DNA of 64,000 bases. It comes from Nymphaea colorata (taxonomy: Eukaryota). The position numbers and the translations under genes were made by a program. Positions 12,289 to 24,151 of this stretch are shown one piece after another. How positions within the stretch are numbered: the first letter of the stretch is position 1; every line of letters starts with the position of its first letter. The stretch covers positions 20,522,001-20,586,000 of the forward strand of contig NC_045138.2 in assembly GCF_008831285.2 (NCBI RefSeq), in the 5' to 3' direction. The notes under the pieces are model-generated. The model was not told the DNA's origin. It did not search any database and saw only the letters and a list, made by a program, of their open reading frames with translations.

Positions 12289-15189
12289 GACTATTGTCTG
12301 GCAGCTTCTTCTATTCATTTCCTGGTATGCACAAAGAGGAGAGGTGTTACGGTGGAATAATCTTAATGATCAGTGAGAAATTTTCTAATGTATGTTGTGG
12401 CCATTTTCCAATGTATTATTTAATGTAACATATGGGGTCTTATGGTATCCCATCTCCATTATTTGAAAGGCATCAAGCAGCCATCCTCTGCATCTCTTTT
12501 TGTTTGAAAGGTGTAACGGTTATTGTGAATGAGTCAAATTTTCAATGGTCTTACTGAAGGAAATTCTTTATTGTTTCCTTTCCCTTTTCGTACCATGTTT
12601 TTAATTGACCTACAGTGAGAATTTTTCTTTTTAAAATGTTTGATCGACCTTATGCGTTCGGTTTTCTGTTGCCCATGTATTTGATAGGTACAAACACTGG
12701 CAGCTGGGTTTTGCTCTTTCCTGTTGTGGGTTCATACTCATGAATTCTTTTGGTGCTTTTGAGATTTCCATGCAATCCATAATCCTCATTTAGTTCTATG
12801 AAAAGTGTTTGGGCATCAAATCTCAATACCTTTTGATAATCCAAAGTGGAACTAAAACTTACCCCATCGGTGTTGTTAGAGGGCCTGTGATGTAAATGCT
12901 GAAAGGGGAAAACTGAAAAAGCTTGCAAAATTGGTTTGCAAAATCTAATACTTGTTCAAGTTTGGGCAGGACATAATTCTGGGACTCGATGCAGGCCTCT
13001 GGTTTCTACTACTTTTTGCCTTTTGTTTAGGTGCTTCATTGCATCACATGGGCATGGAGTTTTCTCGACGCATTTGTGCTTGTTTCCGCCGCTCTTCATA
13101 TAATACACACGTCCTTTCTTTTTCTTTTGAAAATCTGGAGACTAGCTCGACAAAGAAATCTCCGATCCATGTGTTATAGGTCCGCAAGGAGAAAAAGCAA
13201 GGGATGTTATGGATGAGAATGGATGGTTAAGCTTCATCTTTGTATTGTTTTCATATAGCCAACTGCGCTACGTGTAACCTCTTTATTTTAAAATTTCTTG
13301 CACATTCCTGCAACTCTGGTGGCAGATTTGTTCGTGATGGTTAATTTGATAGTAAGTGAACTTCAACCGAAAATTGTTCTTACTTTTTAAAAAGGATTCA
13401 ATTTTATGCGACTGTAGGGCCATTTAACTTAAGACATCTCTACTGGTGTTTGGGAGCCTCAGATTTTGGGCTTGAACACTAATTGGTGTCGCAAAAAGCT
13501 GTCTGAAGTGGCAGCTTCGAATTGAATCAATAGCAAACTAGTTGAGTTAGACTCGTCCGCCGATGAATGGGCACAATGTATGGCACACTTTGTTTTTAAG
13601 CTTTTGTTGTTTTAATTAGACGTATAGACAAGTACCTTTCCATTCCATAATCTCCTTTTCTTTCAAGAAGATCCTTTTCATTACATAAATGCAGCATGAA
13701 TGGCATACAATTGCCATTGTCCTTGCAATTAGTCCTTACCTTTCTATAATTAGTCTTCACCCACCAATTCGATTCAATTTCTAGATTGAACCATTGGGCC
13801 TAAAATCCATCCCCGGTTTGATTGATATGCTGAGTAAACAATACATGTAGCTTCTACATTTGGAGGAAGTGTAAGGGGAAAACGACAGGCTGCATTCTCC
13901 AATATGCAAAAAGGGGCTCCTATTTTGCCTTGTGGGATGGGCAAGTGCCCCCTCAACTTCATAAAAGTCCCAAAAAAATTTGGCAGACAAAGAAAGCACC
14001 CTCCAAAGTGACAAATCATCATTTCCTTATCAAAAAAGAAGATCATTCCCCATTTGTAACGTGGCAGTTCTCTCTCTCTTTCTCCAGCAACTTTTCTCCA
14101 TCAGCCACTTGCACAAACAACTTAGTGCTGGTCATACCCGTCACAAGAGGATAGCGTCTCAATGTATACCACGTCCAAATCATATCCGATGCACTGTACC
14201 AACTCACCTTCGAGTCCTTTCAATTGTGTGTGTGAGAGAGAGAGAGAAGAGAGAGAGCATAGAATGGCAGCGAATTTGGAGTTAACGGTCAAGAATTCGA
14301 TGTTAAATAATACTGTCCCACCTTCACATAATGTGGTGGAGATCTGCCCTGCACCCAATTTTCTTGGCAATGGAAAGGAAATGTGAATTGCTCGAATAAT
14401 CTGCTAAAACTTGTTAATACTGTTGTCTGTTTGTGCTTTTGTCATCCTTCATTTTTTCATGATAAAGGGAAGCCGTAGACCAATTGGAGATGCCATTGTT
14501 TGAAACAAATATTGGTTTTGGTTTCGTGAGCAACAAAGAAAAGAAATCTAGAATTATTCTAAAGATAGAAAAGGACTTTTTTCAAAAACTAAAAGGAAAA
14601 AACAAAGATATTCTGGTTGGGTAGTTTACATGTAGACGTCTAAAACACGAAAAGTTTGCAATGAACCACTGGTTATCCAATTCCTGTCTTTTTCTTCTAC
14701 AAAGCCAATAAAAGCCCCACCCCCTGGCTCGGTCATGGGGTTTATTTAACATCTTTCAAGTTGAAGAAGGTCAAGAGTTCAGTTCTATAAAGTATGGTCA
14801 GGTATGTAAAAATTGGATTAAATCGGTTGATTTGAATCGACAATTGCAAATTGATTCACATCACTTTTTATAATTTTAAACATGTTGAAGTTTTTACTGG
14901 TTTTATTCTATATGATCTTTTATTTATTTTTTAAAAATGTATAATATAACGTTGTTTTGCTGATTCACAACTAAGTCCCATGGATTCTTCTCAGTTTCTG
15001 ATGTTTTACAGCACTGGGTGTTCCTTGCTGCCATAATCTGGTATGGTTATGTTCGAATGTTACAACTTATAACATTGGTTTCTACTAAAACTTAATCACC
15101 CACCAATGGCATTGCTTTGAAATACTAAGATCAGGTCAATGATACTGTTGATGTAATAGGGTTTTTAATTGCTTAACAATTGCTCCTTC

Positions 15190-15716
15190 TCATTCAGGGT
15201 CGCAAGAACGGCCAGAAGACAACATCCAGCTTCCTTTTCAGATGTGACACAAAATTTATTATGCTTTCCTCTAACCCAATTGCACTCCAGTTATATAATC
15301 AGGGACAAGATTCAATAATTGCATCTTCTGTTCCTCTCTCTCTCTCTCTCTATAGATCTTGACGTTGTTGTCTATCTTCATTTCTGTCAATGTCACGAAG
15401 CGACCAAAGAAGTTGGTGATGGTAATTGCAGGTATTATATATTAAGCTATTATATATTACGCTGTTATATATTAATTTGAGGTTTATGTCAATCTAAATG
15501 TTTCTTGCTCCAATGAAAGATATGGGTTTTGCAATTCAACCTTTCTCCATGGTTTTCCTCCTCTCCTCTCTCTAACGAAGTCAATTCTGGAACTTGTAGC
15601 AGCAAGAAACATACTTTTTGGGAAAAGGGCAGCCAAGAAATAGTTTGTGGGTAAACGTACAAATCAAGCAGCTGGAAGCTCTCGTTCAAGAAAAACTTGT
15701 TTGTCCATGTTTAGAA

Positions 15717-15751
<35 letters not shown>

Positions 15752-15899
15752 TAAAATTGAATGATAACTCTCGCTTTTTAAAGTCATCCAACCATCTAAG
15801 AAGGGCTGTAACATGATAGATGGTTAAGAAAAAAAAAAGAGAAAAAGGATTTTCATCTTACATTTTTTTTCATTATTCTCTTTCTTCCTTTCCCTCCCT

Positions 15900-15965
<66 letters not shown>

Positions 15966-17584
15966 TGGGTGTGTGGGGTGAGGGGAAGAGTAAATATCAG
16001 ATGGTGCATATTATGTCACAAGTATAAAAGAGAAGCAATACTTTTAAAAGTCCAAGTATTCCTCAAAGAAAACAAGAGATTTCATTGGTTTAAGGAAACT
16101 CATTTGTTTTCTTATTTCTCATTTCTCTCACTGTTTAAAATTAGTTTGCCAATTATATTTGCAACTGAATTTCCACCATCTTACCTTCTTGAATCGGCGG
16201 TGTAAATGATTTGTTATCAAGTCTGGTATATTACCGAGGGTCGGTAGCTATTAAACACGAGCTAAAGATGTTAAGACCATGCAAAAACAGTATACAGGAA
16301 AGGCAAATTCACTTTGGGAGTACGTTGACATCATCAGTTCGTCCCATGACAAGAATTTCCATCACATTAAGATCGGGACCTTTGCACACCCTTTGTTGCT
16401 TACGATGACATATTTCGTGAGGAAACAAAAGTTGAATCCGTCGCTTGCTTCAGTGGGTAGTGAAAGTGATGCTCACGACTGATCATCGTTGCCATAAAGC
16501 ATACCGTCGAAGCCATCAATTTTTCCGGAGAATGACACGGAAAGAATGATTCTAAATGCCAAATCCATATTGCGTCTAACTTTTGAGTAAGCATTCCATA
16601 TTATATCTTTATCTTTTTGTTTAACCTTGCAATTGCCTTTAGTATTATAAAAACATTTATTTGGTGGAACGTGTACTTCGAGCGAACTTATAGATCACAG
16701 AGAGCACATCTGGACAGCACAGAAAAATGGGTTTAATTTATATGTAAGTGTAAAAGAGAAAAGAAAGACAACCTTTTTAATTATTTAGCTTTTATAGTTC
16801 ACAATTTTTTCTTCTTATTTTTCTCTTAACAATTGGTACAGAAAAAATCATTGGTACTTAAAGATCAGTCGTGACGAGTAAGAGCTACGCACCAACCTCT
16901 CTCTCCCTCTCCCTCTCTTTTTCTTTTCAATAAGGAATCATCTTGACTATTGATTTTTTCAAGATGTATGATTGAGAAAAAATCATGAAAAAAAAGAGTT
17001 GTTAATTAATACTTAGACGACTAAAATACCTTTACTAGCTTTCAACTATCCATGATTGATGAGCAAGATGATTCCTAAGGATCTAGCACCTAAGACTTTC
17101 ATACTTACCAACCAATTTCTCGCATATAAATATATATAAAGGGTATAACAACTGTTCATGATGCTTTCAACTATTAATTTAACAAAAAGTAGCATGTGAA
17201 CATAGAGACTATATAGATATGCGTGCACTCTCAGGTCTCAAAGGGCAGTCGTTTTGGAAGGAACGAAGGAAAGAGCCGGTGGTGGACTCACATGGTGTGT
17301 TCAGAGGTGGACTCCATGTGATTTATGTATGTCGGTAAGAGGTGGACTCCATGTGATTTATGTATGTCGGTAACAAATTGTTCTATGTCATATATGTAGA
17401 CAAATGCTTGGCTTCCTCTCTGCAATTGAGCTTTTTGAAGTTTTTCCACCGTTAAACGGGAGCCATTCTTTTGCTTATGTTTTAAAAGATATTTCTTAAA
17501 TTGACACTAGCTAGCCTCTCCAATACGTTATCTTCTTTTTTCACTATAATCATTTTGCCCATAGTTGACAGTAAAAATGGAAAA

Positions 17585-17631
<47 letters not shown>

Positions 17632-19196
17632 TGAGAGAATTGTAAAATCTGATCTATTCTTTGTTTTCATAGTTTTTTCTTGAACATATAGTTTTGGACT
17701 TTCTGATATGTGTGAGATAATCAATTGGGCTAGGAAGAAGCTTAGTAACTTAACATATTATATCTTCAATGGCATGTTGTGGGTGTTTAACTCATAAAAT
17801 TTTGAACTTTCCATGTCTTAATTACAACCTCCTACAACCAAGTGGACGATGCTGTTGTTAACATGCATGATTTCTTCCCTATAAAATTGTACATTTTTCT
17901 ATAGAGGAAACATGCGTCTAATAATTAGTTGTTGGTGGGCCTTGAAAGCACATGCTGCTCTATGAAGCATTGGTGAGCAACCACTTAGCTATTATTGGGC
18001 GCATCTAGTACAAGACAGATAAGGAACATCAATTACTGCCTACCAGTTGGTGTGCTGTAAAGCCCATGTCCATTGACATGGCATATTTCAAGTTGCATGT
18101 CCTATGTGGTCAATGCCAGCTTAAGATTCACTATGCAATTCCAATTTGAGATTTGTGCTCACATTTCAAATTCAATGGATCCTAGATAGGAGGATTCATT
18201 CGTTTTTGATTTGAAGGAGGTCAAGAGTTCAATACCCAGAGTGTCTCGCTTGCATAAGCTAGACAAGAGTGGACTGCTGAGAACAAAAACCATGTATGCT
18301 TCGAAGATAAATAATCTAAGCGGCAGGGATCCTCTTATACATATAATATTGAATTAAAAGCAGCTCTCTAAAATTAGGAACTGCTGACAGGTTAGTGGAA
18401 GTTGTCATGGAATAAAAGGTATTTTAATAAGTGGGGACACAGACAATATGAATGTCAACTACTTTGCGATGGATTGTATACGACTAATCATACAATTTAT
18501 CCCCAAGGTGGTTGGCTCAACAGATGGGGTGGGGGCTGGTAGGTAGTCAGTTATTGTTTTGAGTTTCTGTGACACCAATTCTATCTTTTACAAAAGGGTG
18601 CGCACCGTTATGCAAGTTGAAGTATAGCGAATGAGTCACATCGAGATACCGAAAACAGGCTTTGCTCATTGAAGGGTGGGGGAAGAGTGAGAGATTTGGC
18701 TCAGCCAACTGGTAAGATTAAATACTTTTCCTACTCACTCAGACTAATTATATAATTTAGTTCCACATTGGACTGTGCAAGTTAATCCTTATCACGAGAA
18801 GCTCAAAGCTATTGAATCGAAGGGGTTAGCACAATTAAGGAGGGCCACAACTAATAGGCGGCTAGTCATGAGTTCAAACCTCATTGAGACTTTTGTTTGT
18901 ATAGAGCTCAGTTTGTAGTTGCTTGCAAGCTTCGTGCTAGAAAGGGTGGCCACAAATGCAGGCGACATCGTAACAGTGGCACAGTTAGTTCTCCTACCCC
19001 AAGCACGGTTTCTTCAATATTGAAAAAATTTCAGAAGCTACCATCAATTATTTAGTTCTTCTGTCCATCATTTCCATAGGGTGATCAAACTACAGCAAAT
19101 CAAAGAAGATGACACAACGACACAATTCTATGTAAAGAGCTAAAGCATATAATTGAGAGATTACATGAAATGGATAAAGGAGTTGATTTCTCTCTC

Positions 19197-19249
<53 letters not shown>

Positions 19250-19603
19250 TATATATAAGAAAATTGAATGGTAACACTGGCTTTTCAGAGTCACTTAGCC
19301 ATTTAATTGGGACTGTTTGATACAATATAATGGACAGTTAAAAGAAAAAAAAAAAGTGACAGACATTTTAGTCAATCTGATATTAGTTTGCATCTCATTG
19401 TTTTTCTCTTAACCATTTATATACTTCAGATGAAAAGACTCTGGTTAAATGGCAGAATCTATTTCTCTCCCTCTCTCCACTGCAATTTTTTTTTTTTTTA
19501 CTGGAGGCACCATCGCCTACCCACAGCAACTCGTTGTGTCGAGCAGAGGGAGGCCACTCTGTTGTACCTCATACGCTATTGGCATAAGGGGAGAATTTCT
19601 CCC

Positions 19604-19634
<31 letters not shown>

Positions 19635-19664
19635 CACACACACTATTGGCACAAGGGGAGAATT

Positions 19665-19708
<44 letters not shown>

Positions 19709-20120
19709 CATGCCCCTTTGTATCTGCTTTGATACTCTGCATCTACTTTGAAGAATCAATAGGAGGAATTGGGTAAGTAGAGGCACTAAATGCTTATTAG
19801 ACCTTCATCTTGGTGACCTTTTGGATATTTTTTAGATAATTTAAGTTTATCTGCATGATTGTTGACATCGATCATGCTGGGTCAGGAGCATCTATCTGAT
19901 AGGATTTGTGGAATTCATAACATGCATCCACAATCTCAGTAAAAAGAAAGGTCATGAAATGGCATGCAATAATTCATAATCCATCTACAATCTCATCAGT
20001 AGCATAAAGGCAATCCATTAGACATGCTAAATCCTGAGAGTACTCCTGAATTATGGATCTCACAAGCCCATGATTTTGGCATTTTGCTGCTAGCTGGAGC
20101 CAGATATCAAACAGAGACAA
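15190..20120 (-). mobile_element. Fragmented, decayed LINE (L1-like) ORF2 remnant, copy A; pieces ~19750-20120, 18730-18800, 17770-18490, 15190-15710
   Basis: Frameshifted minus-strand motifs in LINE order: DEIVD and EFHKSYQID (cf. RT DFxKAYDxV), QSIAK*LTFILSVSP (cf. QSIPxYxMSxFxLP), and a zf-RVT-like region homologous to 31970-32450. Interrupted by other sequence. Confidence 0.6.
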
Positions 20121-20444
20121 ACTAAGGAATCAGGATTTCAAAATTTTCTGCTTTGAAAGTTTGTCAGTTTAATGTTTTAGAAGAATGATGGGGCCCACAC
20201 AGTCCGAGAGCGTAGCTAGAAGACGGGGTCCGCTGCCTCAGGCTTAGTGGGCCCTTTGGTGTTGGTCCGAACTCCAAATGGCAACACTCTATTGGTTGGA
20301 TCATTCCAATGGCACCTTCTAGTCTCAAGCCATTATTGGACCCAAGGTTAAGCATATGGGTCGGAGATACCCCGGAGAAACCAAATCCCCTCCTATATAT
20401 TTCTCCTATCTCCAGGATCTAGGCCTTATTTGGAGCCTAGGTGG

Positions 20445-20638
20445 CAGGGGTGGAGTGAGAATTTTTTCCTGAGGGGGGCGAATTAAAGTTTCTAAATTTT
20501 GATTAGGGCAGAAATATCATTTTTCAAAATTTTTTATATAAAACAAGTGAAATTTTTTAAAATTTACATGTAAAATTAAATTTTTCTTTTTGAGGTGGGG
20601 CCAAGGCCCATGTTGGCCTTATCTTGGCTCCGTCCCTA
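20445..20638. mobile_element. CAGGGGCGGAGCC-type MITE
   Basis: CAGGGGTGGAG ... GGCTCCGTCCCTA with the family core. Confidence 0.75.
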
Positions 20639-21568
20639 CTGAGTAGGGAATAGAAAACCCGTGAACCAAAATGTCATGCATCTACATTCAGTCTAATCGA
20701 ACTGATGACCAGACTTTCACTAGCTTGCTAGTCCGACCACTCACACTAGGCCCCTAGGGCTGTGAGATCTAGTATGGGAACTTCCTCATTTATGTCTTAC
20801 TTGGAAGGCAGCCCCAACCATATGGTCAGGTCTCTCAAACATCTTATGCATGATAAATAATTTTATGTATGTTGTTAATTTCCTAAATCATGGGTTCTTA
20901 AAGAAAGGTTTCCCACTTAATCTCTATTTCGAAACCTTTCTCCATTCATTGGACCCAAAGGAATAATGCCTGACGTGAAAACACAAGTAAGGTGTAGACA
21001 AGAACCCATGTGCATCAGCCTGCCCATTTTGATTTTAGGGAATGCAACAAAACTTGATTCAAATTCGATCCGGTTACATCAGAGTGCAAAATTAGGTGGA
21101 TGCTACAAAGCTTCAAAAAGGCGCTTACAACTGCCAGCTTGGGTCCGCACTTGGCAGGTATAAATCATCACTATCATTAAAAGTCGGACTGGCGGTTTGA
21201 CAAAGGTTAAGCAACTGCTTTCCTTCGCCTTTAGGGTATTTGGGACTTGAGCGGTCCTAAAGTAGACCTTTCAACTAGATAGAATGTTGCGTACACCATT
21301 TGCAGTTCAGAAAAGTAGTACCTATAAAGAACTGAGGATGCATCGTCAATGCGACACTTAGACCGAACTCTCAAGATGGACGAGGCTTGAACTTGGTACT
21401 ACAGAAAATGGCAAATCCCGTTACGATATCCATCCCATTTGAGAGGTTAGTCTGCCCTTCGATCCACATCAACTTGGTGCATGTAGATGCGTTCGATATC
21501 TACTGTTGGAAAACAAGAGGAACCGTGCATGGGTTGCTAGAATCACTTAGCAAAATGAGCATGATCGA

Positions 21569-21761
21569 CAGGGCCGAAGCCAAGGGGGGTTCGGCAGGGG
21601 CATGGCGGGCTGGCCTCCCTTCAATTAGTTTTTTAAAATTTACATGTAAATTTTAAAAAATCTCACTTGTCTTATACAAAAATTTTGAAAAATGATATTT
21701 AGGCCCCTATCAAAATTTTAGAACTATAATTCGGCTCCCCTTATGTCTGGCTCCACCACTT
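21569..21761. mobile_element. CAGGGGCGGAGCC-type MITE (opposite orientation)
   Basis: CAGGGCCGAAGCC ... GGCTCCACCACT, flanked by ATGATC on both sides. Confidence 0.75.
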
Positions 21762-22884
21762 ATGATCAGCAATAGGTGCTCAGCTCAGGTCGACCCTTTT
21801 ACGATATAAGACCCGTTTGTGTCACTTTGTATGGTAGAGCAACCATTTCTATTATCCCTGCCCTAAGAAAAAGGAACTTAGAGGGTGTTTGGTAATGCAC
21901 ACACGGCATTCTACATTCATGAAACACTATATTCCAAAGAATTAACACAACATTTCTGTTGCCAAACACCCTCTTACAGGCCATATGGTAACAAGAATAT
22001 TATGTTCTTAAAACATATATTTCAAAATCACCATGTTCTTTTTTTTAGAATACACGGGTGCGATTATATCTAGTGTTTAATCCTTAGATTTGGAAATAGT
22101 ATGCATAATTACACTATGTTTTCTAGAAAGAGAATGTAGTGTTTTTGAACATGTTTTTCGAGAAAACTTTGCTTTTCTTATCAAATATGTTCTTGAAGAG
22201 TCCTTAGAACAACATTGACTACTTGTATCCCTTGTCCCTTATAAAATTAACTACTTGTATCCCTTGATAACTTTAACTACTTGTAGCTATCTTTTGATAT
22301 CAATAGCTTACCTTTTTTTTCATTCTTGTACGTGAATGGCGACATAAGGAAAGAGCGCAGAGTTCAAGAAGATAAGGGCAGTGGCTCCAACCCTCCACTC
22401 CTTGTCGTTTTCTAAAATCACTGGAGCATAGGGACGGGGATCACGAGTCGAACATGAAAATTGCCGATTTTTCAGTTAAACAATAAAATAAAAAGAAGGA
22501 GTGAAAGAGAAATGAAAGCTAGTCTCAGTTGTGATGGAAGCAAACAGTGGGAGAGGAGAAAAGAAGAAGGGAGTACGTGGTGATGTGCGACACGAGCGTC
22601 GGCTCTACTGAGAAAAACAAAATTTGGGAGATGGGGGACCCGGCAAACACCTCAGCAAAAGCAGCCGCCGCTACCGTCCAAATGCTTTCACACTGCCTTC
22701 CTCCCTTTCTCTTTCAGTCCCTCTCTGTTGATATATATGTGAGTGAATCTAAAGTCACCCAGCAATAGTTCATCAATAACATATAGATGATTAAAAAAAA
22801 AAAATTAAATAATATAAATACTCATTACTTTTTTTTTTCTCTTAATTGTTCATCATAAAACAAACTCTAAAAAACTAGAGTCAT

Positions 22885-22938
<54 letters not shown>

Positions 22939-23250
22939 GAGAGAGAGAATAATGGGCAGCCACTAGACCTTAATATGACAGCCTTAATACCAATTGTTTG
23001 GGCCATTGATTTAAAAAGATTATAAGTTTGAAAATAAATTGAAAAAAAACGAAAAGCTAGTTGTATTTTCAAAAGACTATATCCCTCCAAGAGATAAAAT
23101 ATCTCAATTAAAGAAACTCATTTATTTTATCAATTGAGAGGTATTTTAGTTTCTTGAAAATGCAACTAGATTCGTATCTTCTAAAATTAATCTATAATAT
23201 GTAACAATCTAAACAGTTCCTATCAAATTTGACATATGAGGGTTTGGCAG

Positions 23251-23312
<62 letters not shown>

Positions 23313-23971
23313 GGATTGAATCACTCTTCGTTTTTTCATTTAATGCTGATTAAAAAAATTGTGCTACATGTTCAATCAGGAGTGGATAAGAAAATGAGTA
23401 CGTCCAGTTGACATTTTTGACTGGATAAACCAGTCAGAATTAGTTTTTGTTCGCATTCACATTGCTCATTTTTTAAGGTAAAAGTATTTACGTGATCGTG
23501 ACACACAAGAATTCAATAATCAATGGTCAAAAAAATTTCTACCTTATAAAGCTCATTCTCTGCATCCAAAAGCCCGATTCTTATGTTTGTTTTAATAAGT
23601 TTAGACACTCTCACAAATAGTTTTTGCTTTGAGCATAAAAAATAAGAAATTAAATATTGAATCTGTCAACTGGTCGCATTCATTTATAGGAATAGAGAAC
23701 TTCTCAAATCCAATGAGATGTGAATTTGCTATGCATGAACGTTCTTGAGTATGACGCTGTTAAATTCTCCAATCTTACAATCAACTTAATATACATCAAA
23801 TTTCCTATATATATATGTGGCTGATGACCACCCACCTTATTTTTTTTATTTTTTCTTCATTGAATCCTGAGATCGCAGATTTGCCGGTCGGGCTCATGGA
23901 CATTTCACCAAGGTCCCACGACTACCTCTCTCTCACAACTGGTCGAATTGGGAGGTGTATTGTAGCCATGT

Positions 23972-24151
23972 CAAGGGCAGAGTCAGAAATTTTTCACGAG
24001 GAAGACCGAAATAAAGTTTCTAAATTTTGATTAGAGTAAAATATCATTTTTCAAAATTTTTATATAAAATAAGTAAATTTTTTTAAAGTTTACATATAAA
24101 TTATATTCTTTTTTGAGGTAAGGCCGGGGCCTTACCTTGGCTCTGCCCATG
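23972..24151. mobile_element. High-copy CAGGGGCGGAGCC-type MITE (probably hAT)
   Basis: TIR CAAGGGCAGAGTC / GGCTCTGCCCATG, flanking direct repeat GCCATGT(C), family core AAAGTTTCTAAATTTTGA...TCATTTTTCAAAATTTT. Confidence 0.8.

Noticed and set aside
18820..18890. tRNA-like B-box (GAGTTCAAACC)
   Set aside because: No cloverleaf can be formed; at most a decayed SINE.
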